From an uncultured Candidatus Rokubacteria bacterium (lineage in GTDB: Bacteria > Methylomirabilota > Methylomirabilia > Rokubacteriales > CSP1-6): 64,000 bases of DNA. The notes beneath the pieces were generated by a model that was given only the letters and a program-made list of their open reading frames with translations, did not search any database and was not told where the DNA came from. Within the stretch, counting starts at the first letter, position 1. Every line of letters begins with the position of its first letter. This document shows, one piece after another, positions 1-11,253 of this stretch. A program made the position numbers and the translations under genes. The stretch lies in contig CAWBMV010000001.1 in the NCBI GenBank assembly GCA_963789955.1, forward strand, positions 256,001 through 320,000. The letters run 5' to 3'.

Positions 1-2
1 TG

Positions 3-901
3 AACCGGTGCGTCACCGAGTCCGACCTTCTCGTCTACGTGAACGCCGGGCACATGCGCGGCTTCAACGGCGGCTGGAAGTCCGTGTGCGTCGGGCTCTC
101 GACCTACGAATCGATCCGCGTGACCCACACGCCCGACGGCATGTCGATGTCGGTCCACGGTAACCGCATGCACGCCGTGCTCGACGAGATGGGCCGGCAT
201 CTCGAGCGCCGGCTCGGCCGGCCGGTCTTCAAGATCGACACGCTCGGCGCCGATCCCTTCTCGGTCACCCGGGTCGTCGCCGGCTCGGTCGCCGGGGCGC
301 GCGGCGCGATCGTGAGCGCGATGGCGGCGATGTTCCCGCCGCGGCGTGACCAGGCGAGCGAGCGCTTCGACGTCATCGTGTACGGGGTGCCCGACGGGAG
401 CCCGTATGCCGTCTTCTCCCACGTGAACCCGATCCTCACCTTGATCTCGTCGGGGCTCGGCTACCTCGGCGGGCTCGTCGAGGCGATCGGCAAGCCGGGC
501 TGCACCGTGATCATGGCGACGCCCGTGCCCGAGCGCTGGGATCGGGTCGCGCATCCGTCGTATCCGGACGTGTGGGAGCGCGTGCTCGGAACGACGCGCG
601 ACCCGCACGAGATCATGCAGCGCTACGCCGACGACTATGCGCGACGCCCGGACTACGTCGAGGCGTACCGCTCGCGGTTCGGGTTCCATCCCGTCCACGC
701 CATCTTCGCGGTCTATCCGCTCAAGCGACTCGGCCACGTCGGCCGCGTCATCGTCGCCGCGCCGCGCGACCCGGCGATCCCGCGCCATCTGGGCTTCGAG
801 GTCGCCGGCAGCGTCGAGGAGGCGGTGGCGCTCGCCGAGAAGGCTCACGGCGCGGGCTCGTCGATTGCCTACGTGAAGCAGCCGGCGCCGGCGCGGCCTG
901 A
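3..901 (+). CDS. Lactate racemase (LarA/DUF2088)-like protein, C-terminal part (5' truncated by the window edge; 3' end probably frameshifted)
   Basis: Frame from position 3 reads NRCVTESDLLVYVNAGHMRGFNGGWKSVCVGL...GFHPVH...GRVIVAAP, typical of LarA-domain proteins. After about 890 the frame runs on as junk over the next gene, and TGA stops at 899-901 and 905-907 in another frame suggest an indel. Confidence 0.65.
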
Positions 902-906
902 TACTG

Positions 907-1938
907 ATGACCTTGCAACGGCTTGCGCTGTCAGTTCCGTTCGACGGCTTCACCTTGGCGGAGCACGCGGAGATCGCACGGGACGCCGAGCGGTTGGGCT
1001 ACGCCGACGCCTGGTCGCTCGAGGCCGACGGCATCGACTGCTTCGCGCCGCTCGCGGTCGTCGGAGCGGCGACGTCGATGCGATTGGGCACGGCGATCGC
1101 GAACGTGTTCACGCGCGGGCCGGCGACCCTGGCGATGTCTGCGGCGGGCATCGCCGAGGTCGCGCCGGGTCGATTCTGTCTCGGCATCGGCGCGGGCTCG
1201 CAGCCGATCGTCGAGTCGTGGAACGGCGGCGTGTTCAGCCGACCCGCGACCAGGGTGCGCGAGACGGCGCAATTCCTGCGCCGCGCGCTCACCGGCGAGC
1301 GCGTCGTGTTCCGGGGCGAGACCTTCTCGGTGGACGGCTTCCGGCTGACGCGACCGCCGGAGCACCCGATCCCGATCTATGTCGCGGCGCTACGGCCCGG
1401 GATGCTGCGCGTCGCCGGCGAGGTCGGGGACGGCGTGATCATCAACTGGCTCTCGGCGGACGACGTGCCGAAGTCGATCGCCGTCTGTCGCGAGGCCGCG
1501 CGTAAGGTCGGCCGGGATCCCGACGCGCTCGAGATCACCGCGCGGCTCTTGATCAACGTCGATCCGCCGAGCCCGCAGTCGGAGCTGGCGGTGCGCCGGC
1601 ACGTCACGGCCTATCTGAACGTGCCCGTCTATCGAGCGTTCCAGGAGTGGCTCGGGCGCGGCGAAGCGCTCGGGCCGATGTGGAATGCCTGGCAGAGCGG
1701 CGATCGCAAGGCCGCGGTGGCGGCGGTGCCCGCAGAGGTCATGAATGACCTGATCATCCGCGGCTCGATGGAGACGATTCGCGCTCACGTCCAGCGCTAT
1801 CTGGACGCGGGCGTCGACACCGCGTTTCTCGCGCTCTCGACCCTCGAGCAGGATCCGGCGCGCCGGCGCTCGATCCAGCTCGACGCGATCCGCGCGCTCG
1901 CCCCCGCTACGCGGCCGGCTCCGACCCGACCACGCTGA
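907..1938 (+). CDS. LLM-class (probably F420-dependent) oxidoreductase
   Basis: Luciferase-like motifs AERLGYADAWSLEADG, RLGTAIANVFTRGP, GRFCLGIGAGS and PIYVAALRPGMLRVAGEVGDG. Confidence 0.9.
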   Translation: MTLQRLALSVPFDGFTLAEHAEIARDAERLGYADAWSLEADGIDCFAPLAVVGAATSMRLGTAIANVFTRGPATLAMSAAGIAEVAPGRFCLGIGAGSQPIVESWNGGVFSRPATRVRETAQFLRRALTGERVVFRGETFSVDGFRLTRPPEHPIPIYVAALRPGMLRVAGEVGDGVIINWLSADDVPKSIAVCREAARKVGRDPDALEITARLLINVDPPSPQSELAVRRHVTAYLNVPVYRAFQEWLGRGEALGPMWNAWQSGDRKAAVAAVPAEVMNDLIIRGSMETIRAHVQRYLDAGVDTAFLALSTLEQDPARRRSIQLDAIRALAPATRPAPTRPR

Positions 1939-3107
1939 CGAACGACACGCACTCGCCGGGCGCCCCGCCGAGGTTGTGGGTGAGGGCGAGCTTGCGGCCG
2001 CGCGCCACCGACGCGATCTGCCGCTTGCCGGCCTCGCCGCGCAGCTGGAGCCACGCTTCGAAGAGCATCCGCAGACCCGAGGCGCCGATCGGATGGCCGA
2101 ACGACTTCAGGCCGCCGTCGGGGTTCACGGCCAGCTCGCCGTCGAGGTCGAACGTGCCGGCGAGGACTTCCTTCCACGCGGTGCCGCGCGAGGCGAAGGC
2201 GAGGTCTTCCATCAGCACGAGCTCGGTCGGCGTGAAGCAATCGTGGACCTCGGCCATCGCGAGCTCTTGCCGCGGGTCCTTGATCCCGGCCTGGGCGTAG
2301 GCATCGACCGCGGACGCGACGACTTCCGGGAACGTCGTGTAGTCGTAGTCGGGATCCAGCGGCCCGGCCGCCGGGCCGGCGATGAACGAGAGCGCCTTCA
2401 CGTAGAGCGGCTTGTCGGTGTAGCGGTGCGCGTCTTCCGCGCGGACGATGATGGCGGCCGCGGAGCCGTCGCTGACGCCGGAGCAGTCGAAGATGCCGAG
2501 CGGGCCGGCGACGAGCGGCGAGCAGGCGATCGTCTCCTTCGGCACTTCCTTGCGGAACTGCGCGCGCGGGTTCAAGGCGCCGTTCTTGTGGTTCTTCCAG
2601 GCGATCCGCGTCATCACGTCCTTCAGGGCCGCGTCCTCGACGCCGTACTTCTTGCCGTAGGCCGGCGCGAGCAGGCTGAACGTGGCGGGGGCGGTGAGAC
2701 CGGCGCGGGTGCCGTCGCCGGGCACGGGCTGGCCGGGAAGACCCGAGATGCCCGGAGTCCTTCAGCTTCTCGACGCCGACGGCCATCGCGATGTCGTAGG
2801 CGCCCGACGCGACCGCGTAGCACGCGTTGCGGAAGGCCTCCGAGCCGGTGGCGCAGTAGTTCTCGAGCCGGCTCACCGGCTTGTAGTCGATTTTCAGCGG
2901 GCGCGAGAGCGTGAGGCCGGACTGGCCCGAGTAGAGCGTGCCGAGCCAGAACGCATCGACGTCGGACAGCGCGATCCCCGCCGACGCGAGAGCGTCCTTC
3001 GTGGAATCGACCAGCAGATCGTTGACGCCCTTGTCCCAGTGCTCGCCGAACGGCGTGCACCCCATGCCGACGATCGCCACCCGGTCGCGGATCCCGTTGC
3101 TCGCCAT
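1907..3107 (-). CDS. SCP2-type thiolase / acetyl-CoA acetyltransferase (one frameshift near 2750)
   Basis: N-half VAIVGMGCTPFGE...ENYCATGSEAF (catalytic Cys). C-half in another frame has AEVHDCFT, VNPDGGLKSFGHPIGASG and HNLGG. SD GAGGAGG lies upstream of the ATG at 3107. Confidence 0.9.
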
Positions 3108-3193
3108 CGCCTGACCTCCTCGGTCGCCGATCGATCACTACGCGGACATCAATTCTATCAGGGCGCTCGCGAGCGCGCAGGTATGCTTTGGCC

Positions 3194-4426
3194 ATGGCCG
3201 TGAGCGAGTGGAGTCGGGCGATCGCGGTCGCGGCCTTCGTCGCCTCCTACGTCGGGCTGGCCCTCGGACGCGTTCCCGGGTTTCGGATCGACCGCACCGG
3301 CGTCGCGATCATCGGCGCCACCGTCATGGTCGTGTCCGGCGCCGTGCCGTGGACCGACGCCGTGGCCTCGGTCGACGCGCCGACGCTCGTCCTGCTGTTC
3401 GGGATGATGATCGTCACCGCGTACCTGCGTCTCTCCGGCTTCTTCCGGCTCGTGATGACGTGGGCGCTCCGCCGGGCCCGGACGCCGCGGATGCTGCTCG
3501 GGGCAGTCGTCGGGGCCTCGGGGGTGCTGTCGGCGTTCTTCGTCAACGACGTGGTGTGCCTCGTCCTGGCGCCGGTCGTGCTCGAGGCCACGCGCCAGCT
3601 CGCGCTGCCGCCGGTGCCGTACCTGATCGCGCTCGTCACCGCGGCGAACGTGGGGAGCGTGGCGACCCTGACAGGAAACCCACAGAACATGCTCGTCGGG
3701 AGCTTCTCGGGGATCAGCTACCGGACCTTCCTCGCCCGCGAGGCGCCGATCGCCTTCGTGGGCCTCGTCTGCGTGTTCGCGGTCACCGCCCTCGTGTATC
3801 GGCGCCAGCTGCCGAACGCGCCGCTGGAGATCACGCCCGACACGCGGCTGGCCGTGCACTATCCCCTCATGTTCAAGACGATCAACGCGATCCTGGTGAT
3901 GCTGGTCGCCTTCCTGGCCGGCGTGCCGATCGCGATCGTCGCGATCGCGGGCGCCGCGTGGACCCTCTTCACGCGCCGGGTGAACCCCGAGAAGGTCTAT
4001 CGCGAGATCAACTGGAGCCTGCTCGTTCTCTTCGCCGGTCTCTTCGTGGTGACGGCGGGTCTCGAGCACTCCGGGCTGATCGCCGTTCTCCTGCGCTGGG
4101 CGGAGGCCGCGAATCTCCAGAGCCCCGCGGTGCTCACGGTCGTCACCGCGGTGCTCTCGAATCTCGTCTCCAACGTGCCGGCGGTGCTCGTATTCAAGCC
4201 GCTGGTCGCCTCGTTCGACGAGCCGCGGCGTGCGTGGCTCGTGCTCGCGATGGCCTCGACCTTCGCCGGTAACCTGACGATCCTCGGAAGCGTCGCGAAC
4301 CTGATCGTCGTCGAGGCGGCCCGGGCGGGTCGTGTCGAGATCGGCTTCGTCGAGTACTGCAAGGTGGGCGTCCCGGTGACGCTCGCGACCCTGTTCCTCG
4401 GCTGGCTCTTGCTCGCCTGGTTCTAG
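3194..4426 (+). CDS. ArsB/NhaD/CitMHS (IT superfamily) anion transporter
   Basis: About 11-12 hydrophobic segments, with SAFFVND, ANVGSVATLTGNPQN, SNLVSNVPA and GNLTILGSVANLIV motifs. Confidence 0.9.
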   Translation: MAVSEWSRAIAVAAFVASYVGLALGRVPGFRIDRTGVAIIGATVMVVSGAVPWTDAVASVDAPTLVLLFGMMIVTAYLRLSGFFRLVMTWALRRARTPRMLLGAVVGASGVLSAFFVNDVVCLVLAPVVLEATRQLALPPVPYLIALVTAANVGSVATLTGNPQNMLVGSFSGISYRTFLAREAPIAFVGLVCVFAVTALVYRRQLPNAPLEITPDTRLAVHYPLMFKTINAILVMLVAFLAGVPIAIVAIAGAAWTLFTRRVNPEKVYREINWSLLVLFAGLFVVTAGLEHSGLIAVLLRWAEAANLQSPAVLTVVTAVLSNLVSNVPAVLVFKPLVASFDEPRRAWLVLAMASTFAGNLTILGSVANLIVVEAARAGRVEIGFVEYCKVGVPVTLATLFLGWLLLAWF

Positions 4427-5832
4427 AATCCGCGGAGCGGGCGGGCCTTCCAGAAGTAGTTGTGGACTCCGCCCGCGGTGAAGAGCCGGCGGAACGTCAT
4501 CTCCACGCGGTCGCCGATCTTCACCGACGCCGGGTCGACGTCGGTCAGCTCGCACTGGAATCGGCCGCCGCCCTCGAAGTCGATGACCGCGGCGACCACC
4601 GGCGGCGAGAGCGAATACGCGAGCCGGTCCACCGTGAACGTCGCGATGGTCGCCGGGACATCGGCGAGTCGCTCGGGGGTCATCCGGTCGACGGCGTGGC
4701 ACTTCACGCACACCCGCTGCGGCGGGACCTGCCTGGCGCCGCACGCCTGGCAACGGCTGCCGGTGAACGCGAACTTCCACGACTCGGCGCGGAACGACGG
4801 CGGCGCCGCGGGGCGCTCCGGATCGGGCCGGCGCGGCGGTTCTCGCGGAAGAAAGCCGCGCCAGGTCAGGAATGTCGCGTAGGTGACGCGCCCGCCCGCC
4901 GCGAGCTGCGCGGCCACCGACGGCGCCGGCCGCCGCGCGGCGATGGCGGCCGTCGCCCGCCAGATCGTGACGTCGCAGCCGTCGGCCAGCGAGACCACGG
5001 CGATCAGCTCGTCGGGCTTCGCGCGGTCGAGCGCATCGGCGAGCATGAGCCCCGCGTGCGCCGTCCCGGTGTTGCCGATGCTCGCGGCGAGATCGTCGGC
5101 GACCGTCCCCTTCGCGGCGCCCACCGCCGAGGCCACCCGACGGCTGGCGCGGCTGTGGGGCCCGGTGACGATCCAGCTCTTGACGGACGCGGCGCTCAGG
5201 CCGGCCTGCTTGAGCGCGTCGGTCACTGCGGCTTCGCCGAGTGGGACGTACGCGTGCTCGCCGAAGCGCTCCTCCCACTGGCGCGAGACCGCGTCGCCCG
5301 GCAGGCGCCAGCGCTCGAGGAACTCCGCCGTGGCCGAGGCGCGCGCCACCGGCTCGGCGAGCACTGAACGATCGCGCGAGTCGGCCAGAAGAAACGCGAC
5401 CGCGCCGTCGCCGCCGTCGCGCTCGTCGCCGCCGCCGGGCAGGCCGGTGCGAATGTCGGCGAGCGCGGCGAGCGTCGGCCGGGACGCGTCGATCGCCGCC
5501 GACAAGGCGCCGGCACCCGAGCGCACCGAGCCCAGCATGTCGAACGCCGGCGCGGTCGCGTCGAGCGCCAGCGCCGCGTGGATCGCGCTCGCGTTGGTCT
5601 TGTCCAGATACCCCGGCGCCGCCGTGGCGAAATAGAGAGCCCCCGGCCGCAGGGTCGGTGCGGCACGCAAGGCCGCGCGGGCCGCCTCGACGGCCATCGA
5701 CGTGGTGTCCTCGTCATAGGAGGCGACGGAGCGCGTGCCGGAGCCGGCCGACGCACCGAGCGACTCCCCGATCGCCTTGCGCTCGAGGCGGAAGTAGGGC
5801 AGGTAGGCGCCGTACGCGACGATCCCGTTCAC
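4423..5832 (-). CDS. HMG-CoA synthase/KAS III-like domain fused to a C-terminal DUF35 (Zn-ribbon + OB-fold)
   Basis: GIVAYGAYLPYFRL, DEDTTSMAVEAA and IGNTGTA motifs. The C-terminus has CQACG...CVKC, FEGGGRFQCELTD and VEMTFRRLF...YFWKARP. Confidence 0.88.
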   Translation of the reverse strand: MNGIVAYGAYLPYFRLERKAIGESLGASAGSGTRSVASYDEDTTSMAVEAARAALRAAPTLRPGALYFATAAPGYLDKTNASAIHAALALDATAPAFDMLGSVRSGAGALSAAIDASRPTLAALADIRTGLPGGGDERDGGDGAVAFLLADSRDRSVLAEPVARASATAEFLERWRLPGDAVSRQWEERFGEHAYVPLGEAAVTDALKQAGLSAASVKSWIVTGPHSRASRRVASAVGAAKGTVADDLAASIGNTGTAHAGLMLADALDRAKPDELIAVVSLADGCDVTIWRATAAIAARRPAPSVAAQLAAGGRVTYATFLTWRGFLPREPPRRPDPERPAAPPSFRAESWKFAFTGSRCQACGARQVPPQRVCVKCHAVDRMTPERLADVPATIATFTVDRLAYSLSPPVVAAVIDFEGGGRFQCELTDVDPASVKIGDRVEMTFRRLFTAGGVHNYFWKARPLRGF

Positions 5833-5887
5833 AGGTCGATGATTCTACCCGAGATCGGCGCGATGGGCCGATCTCGACCCCACGGCG

Positions 5888-6580
5888 CTATCGACGCACG
5901 GCGACCTTGCGGACGGCGACGACGGGTGTCGCTTCGAGGGGCTCGAGCGCCGCCAGACGGTCTTCGAGATTGGGCTCACGAGCCAGGATGCGTTGCTCGA
6001 TGAACGGGGACGCGGGCGGATTCGCCGCCGCGGCGGCGCGCAGCGCGCCGGCGAGCGCCTGGCGCGGGGCCGCGTGGCCCATGTCTCGCAAGATTTCGAT
6101 CGTCCGCTGATCGGCGTCGAGCTCTTGCTCGCGCGAGTAGGCCCGAACGACGAGCGGATTCACGACGAAATCGGCGAGCCCGCCCCCCGGCACGAAGATG
6201 CCCAGCACGGCGAACCCCGCCGTGATCGACAGCGAGAGCGTGCGCTGCTTGCCGGTGTGTCCGAGAATCTCGTGCGCCACCTTCTGGGCGACGAGCGCGT
6301 CGACGTGGCGCTGGGGCAGCCGAGCCAGACCGTCGGAGAAATAGAATGTCGCATCGGAGCCGACGAACGACGTGACGATATTCGTCTGGATCAACGCGAA
6401 CGAGTAGTAGTCAGGGTCGTCGCCGACGGCCTGGGCGGCACGGTAGAGCGTGTGAGAGATCTTGATGGCCCCCGGATCGCGCGGCGACGGGTAGTAGGCA
6501 AGATCGGGACGCGAGGGCGGGATCAGGGCGCAACCAGTCGCGAGCGTCAGCACGGTCACGAGGGCGAGCGAGCGAAGCAT
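5888..6580 (-). CDS. M48-family peptidase-like lipoprotein with a degenerate zinc motif
   Basis: Lipobox LATGC and YSREQELDADQ (ExxAD). The HExxH position reads QKVAH, followed by EILGH. Confidence 0.7.
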   Translation of the reverse strand: MLRSLALVTVLTLATGCALIPPSRPDLAYYPSPRDPGAIKISHTLYRAAQAVGDDPDYYSFALIQTNIVTSFVGSDATFYFSDGLARLPQRHVDALVAQKVAHEILGHTGKQRTLSLSITAGFAVLGIFVPGGGLADFVVNPLVVRAYSREQELDADQRTIEILRDMGHAAPRQALAGALRAAAAANPPASPFIEQRILAREPNLEDRLAALEPLEATPVVAVRKVAVRR

Positions 6581-6834
6581 GGCCGGTCCATCCTATGGAG
6601 GCCCCGGCGAGAATCCGGCCGAAATAACGTCTCGTCGCGCCCGGCGTCTACACGTGGGGGCGCGCCCCGCAAGAGACCACAAATGCAAGGCGCACCCCAT
6701 ATCGATGAGCCGCCGTCCGTCCTGACCCGGCGGCGCCGAAATACGGCCGGTCCCCTGCCGAGACATCCGACCCCATCGGTTCCGGCCGCTTGGTTGCTAC
6801 GCGATCGACAGATCAGACGAAGGAGGTGTGCCGA

Positions 6835-7467
6835 TTATTTGACGGGCTTCAGCAAGGGGCGCAAATAGGGCCAGATGTGGTCGGCAATCACCTGCTGACC
6901 GGCCGCGGTGGGGTGGATGCCGTCGGCCTGGTTGAGGCGCGGCACGCCGGCGACGCCGTCCAGGAGGAACGGCATCAAGGTGATCTTCGCGCCTCGAGCG
7001 ACGGCCGGGAATACCGCCTCGAACTCCTTCGTGTACTCGCCTCCGTAGTTCGGAGGCAGGCGCATCCCGGCCAGCAACACGCGGGCGCCGGCCGCCTGGA
7101 GTCGGGCGACGATCTCGTCGAGGTTGGCCCGCATGGCCGGCGGGCTCTGACCGCGCAGGCCGTCGTTGGCGCCGAGCGCGACGATGACGACCTCCGGGCT
7201 CGAGCGGAGCACCCAGTCGACCCGCCGCAAGCCGCCCGCGGTCGTGTCGCCGCTGACCCCGGCGTTGACGACGCGGTAGGCGTAGCCCTCGGCCCGAAGA
7301 CGCGCCTCGAGTCGCGCGGGAAATGCCTCGTCGGCCGCGACGCCGAGCCCGGCGGTGAGGCTGTCGCCGAGCGCGACCACGACGCCCTCGCTCCGCGCTT
7401 CGCCCGGTACCAGGCCCAGCCACGCGACACACCACAGCGCGAGCGCGCCCGCGGAAAGTCGTCTCAC
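6835..7467 (-). CDS. tesA: Arylesterase / acyl-CoA thioesterase I (SGNH/GDSL)
   Basis: ALGDSLTAG, NAGVSGDTTAGG, LGANDGLRG and DGIHP motifs; signal peptide; divergent from ybbA/ybbP-like genes. GTG start at 7467 is inferred. Confidence 0.92.
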   Translation of the reverse strand: MRRLSAGALALWCVAWLGLVPGEARSEGVVVALGDSLTAGLGVAADEAFPARLEARLRAEGYAYRVVNAGVSGDTTAGGLRRVDWVLRSSPEVVIVALGANDGLRGQSPPAMRANLDEIVARLQAAGARVLLAGMRLPPNYGGEYTKEFEAVFPAVARGAKITLMPFLLDGVAGVPRLNQADGIHPTAAGQQVIADHIWPYLRPLLKPVK

Positions 7468-7494
7468 AGGGCCAGTGTAGTATGAGGTTCGACG

Positions 7495-8159
<665 letters not shown>

Positions 8160-8163
<4 letters not shown>

Positions 8164-10703
8164 AGCTCGGGTTTGCCGTCCGCATGGCCTGGCGCGAGAC
8201 CCGCGGCGCCGGGCGCCACTTCGCGGTGCTCTTCGGCTGCGTCGCCCTCGGCGTCGCCGCGCTGGTCTCGGTCGGCACCTTCGCGGCCAACCTCGATCGA
8301 ACCTTGACCCGCGAGGCGCGCGCGCTGACCGGGGGCGACGTCGAGCTGCGTTCGGCGCAGCCGCTCGATCCGACGGCGCGCGGGGCGCTCGATGCGCTCG
8401 CGCGCCGCGGTGCCGTCACGACCACCGTTCGCGAGATGGTGGCGATGGCGCGCACGCCGGGTCGCGGGGCCACGCTTCTGGTGGAGCTGAAAGCGGTCGA
8501 GAGCGCGTATCCGCTGTACGGTCGTGTCGAGACGACGCCGCCGGCGCCACTCGACACCTTGCTCGCCGACCGAGGCGATGCCGGGGGCGCCGTGGTCGAG
8601 TCGTCGCTTCTTCAACGGCTGGGCCTGGCGCTCGGCGATTCGCTGGAGATCGGCTCAGCGCGCTTCACCGTCACCGGAGTGCTCGTGCGCGAGCCGGATC
8701 GCGCCGGCGGTCTGGTGACGCTCGGGCCGCACGTGCTCGTGGGCGATCGCGCGCTCGAGCGGACGGGTCTCCTGCAGATCGGAAGTCGCGTGCGCTACCG
8801 GACGCTCATGCGCCTGCCGGCCGCCGTGACCGCTCGCGCCGCCGCGGATGACCTCGCCCGGACGATCGGCGATCCGGCCGTGCGCATCGCGGCGTTCGAC
8901 GAATCGCAGCCGGGGCTGCGCAAGTTCTTCTCGCAGCTGGCGACCTATCTCGGCCTGGTCGGGCTCGCGAGCCTGCTGGTCGGTGGAGTCGGGATCGCGT
9001 CGACGGTGACCACGTTCCTCCGGCGCCAGCTGGCGACCATCGCGATCCTCAAGTGCCTCGGGGCCAGCTCGCGCGTGCTCCTCGCGACGTACCTGATCCA
9101 GACGCTCGCGCTGGCCCTGGCCGGGAGCCTGGTCGGCGCCGCCTTCGGCGTCGCGGCGCAGCCGCTCCTCGTGCGGGCGCTCGCCCCGTTCGCGCCGTTC
9201 GTGCTCGAGGTGCGATGGGACGTCGCGACCTTGGCGCGCGGGCTCGCGCTCGGCCTGCTCGCCGCGCTGCTCTGCGCGCTCTGGCCGCTCCTGGGGGTCC
9301 GCGGCGTGCCCCCGTCGCTGATTCTCCGGCGCGACGTCGACGAGCGCGGCTGGCGCGCGCGCCGCCCGTGGGCCGCGGCGCTCCCGATCGTCGCGGGCCT
9401 CGCCGCGCTGGCCGTCTGGCAGGCCGGATCGCTCCGGCTCGGCGGTATCTTCGCCGGCGCTGCGCTGGCCGCGCTCGCCGTGTTGCTCGGGCTCTCGCGG
9501 GCGCTGGTGAGGCTGGCCCGGCGGCTTCCGCGTGCGCGCGGGCTCGCGTGGCGTCAAGGGCTCGCCGGGCTCGATCGCCCCGGCGGGCATACCGTGAGGG
9601 TCGTGGTGGCCGTCGGGCTGGGCGTGATGCTCCTGGTCGCGATCGCGCTGCTCGAAGCGAATCTGGGCCGGCAGCTGGCGTACGAGCAGAAGCGTGAGGC
9701 GCCGTCGTTCTTCTTCATCGACGTGCAGCCGGACCAGCGCGAGCCGTTCAGCCGGCTGGTCGGCGACGTGAGCGGCGTCGCGCCCACGGTGACTCCGGTC
9801 GTTCGGGCGCGACTGGCGGCGATCGACGGCAAGCCGGTGACCCGCGAGCTCATCGATCGGCGCAAGCGCGAGTCGCCGGAGAAGAACTGGTACCTGACAC
9901 GCGAGTACATGCTGACGTGGGCGTCGGCGCCGCCGCCGGCGAACGCGATCACCCGCGGGCGCTGGTGGACGGCCGAGGAAGCATCGGCGCGCCCCCGCGT
10001 GTCGGTGGAGGACGAAGCCGCGAAGTACTTCGGGGTCGGCGTCGGCGGGACGCTCACGTTCGACGTGCAGGGCGTGCCGATCGAGGCCGAGGTGGCGAAT
10101 CTTCGCAAGATCGACTGGCAGAGCTTGAGCGCCAACTTCTTCATGGTGCTCTCGCCGGGCGCACTCGACGGCGCGCCGACCGTCTACCTGGCCACCGCGC
10201 GCGTGCCGGCCGACGTCGAGACGCGACTTCAAGACAGCGTGGTCGCGGCGTTTCCCAACGTCACCGCGATCCCGCTGCGAAGCGTCCTCGAGCGCGTCTC
10301 AGAGGTGCTCGCCCAGATCTCCTTCGCCGTGCGGTTCATGGCGCTCTTCAGCATCGCGGCGGGTCTGGTGGTCATGGCGGGGGCCCTCGCGGCGACGCGC
10401 TACCAGCGGCTCTACGAGTCGGTGATCTTGAAGACGCTCGGAGCGACGCGCTGGGCCATCGCGCGCGCGTTCGCGGTCGAATACGCATGTCTCGGCGCGG
10501 TCGCGGGTGTCGGCGGAACGGCGCTGGCCGCGGTGCTCGCCTGGATCGTCCTTCGATTCGTGCTCGACACGCCGTGGACGCTCGAGCCCGAGGCGTTGAT
10601 CCTCGGGGTGGCGTTGACGACCTTCGTCTCGCTGGCGATCGGGCTCCTCGCGACCGTCCGGCTGCTCGGACGCAAGCCGCTCTCGGTGCTCCGCCAGGAA
10701 TGA
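8160..10703 (+). CDS. ybbP: FtsX/MacB-type ABC permease (YbbP-like)
   Basis: 847 aa with two FtsX-like repeats, GGDVELRS, LKAVESAYPLYG and APSFFFIDVQPDQ; conserved tesA-ybbA-ybbP layout. Confidence 0.9.
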
Positions 10704-10801
10704 GCGCCGCGTGCTAGTCTTCTTGCGATCGGGCGCGCCGCGGGCCGTCGCGGAACTGGGCTCCGGCCGGCCGGGTCGCGCCTAACAATCAGGAGGTGGC
10801 G

Positions 10802-11173
10802 ATGTTCAAGCCGCTCGGCCTCGATCACGTCGTGTTGCGCGTTCGTGACCAGGAAAAGTCGCGGCGCTTCTACGAAGATGTGCTCGGCTGCACGCTGGCC
10901 AAGTTCAACGAGAGGATCTCGCTGATCCATCTGCGATTCGGCGAGGCGCTGATCGATCTGTTGCCCGCCACCGAGGCGGGACCGGTCGGACCCGACCACT
11001 TCTGTCTATCGATTCACTGCGACGACCTCAAGGCGGTCGCCGAGGAGCTGCGCCGGAAAGCCGTCTCGGTCGAGGGCGACGTGGTCCAGCGCTTCGGCGC
11101 GTGGGGCGACGGACCTTCCATCTATCTGCGCGACCCCGACGGCCACATGATCGAGCTCAAGCCGCGCCTCTGA
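10802..11173 (+). CDS. VOC/glyoxalase family protein
   Basis: LDHVVLRVRD, DHFCL and SIYLRDPDGHMIELK; SD AGGAGG upstream. Confidence 0.9.
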   Translation: MFKPLGLDHVVLRVRDQEKSRRFYEDVLGCTLAKFNERISLIHLRFGEALIDLLPATEAGPVGPDHFCLSIHCDDLKAVAEELRRKAVSVEGDVVQRFGAWGDGPSIYLRDPDGHMIELKPRL

Positions 11174-11253
11174 GCGCGCCGAGCGCCGTGTAAACGCCCC
11201 ACCCTCTCCCGGCGTCCCACCATCGGGAAACAGCCGGGGGGAGGGTGAGGGAC

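Noticed and set aside
39..1505. 488-aa ORF overlapping the LLM gene
   Set aside because: Beyond about 890 it is Arg/Gly-rich off-frame read-through of the LLM gene.
6581..6834. Possible ncRNA or riboswitch in a 250-bp intergenic region with short hairpins
   Set aside because: No recognisable family consensus; GC-rich hairpins arise by chance. An Rfam/Infernal scan would settle it.
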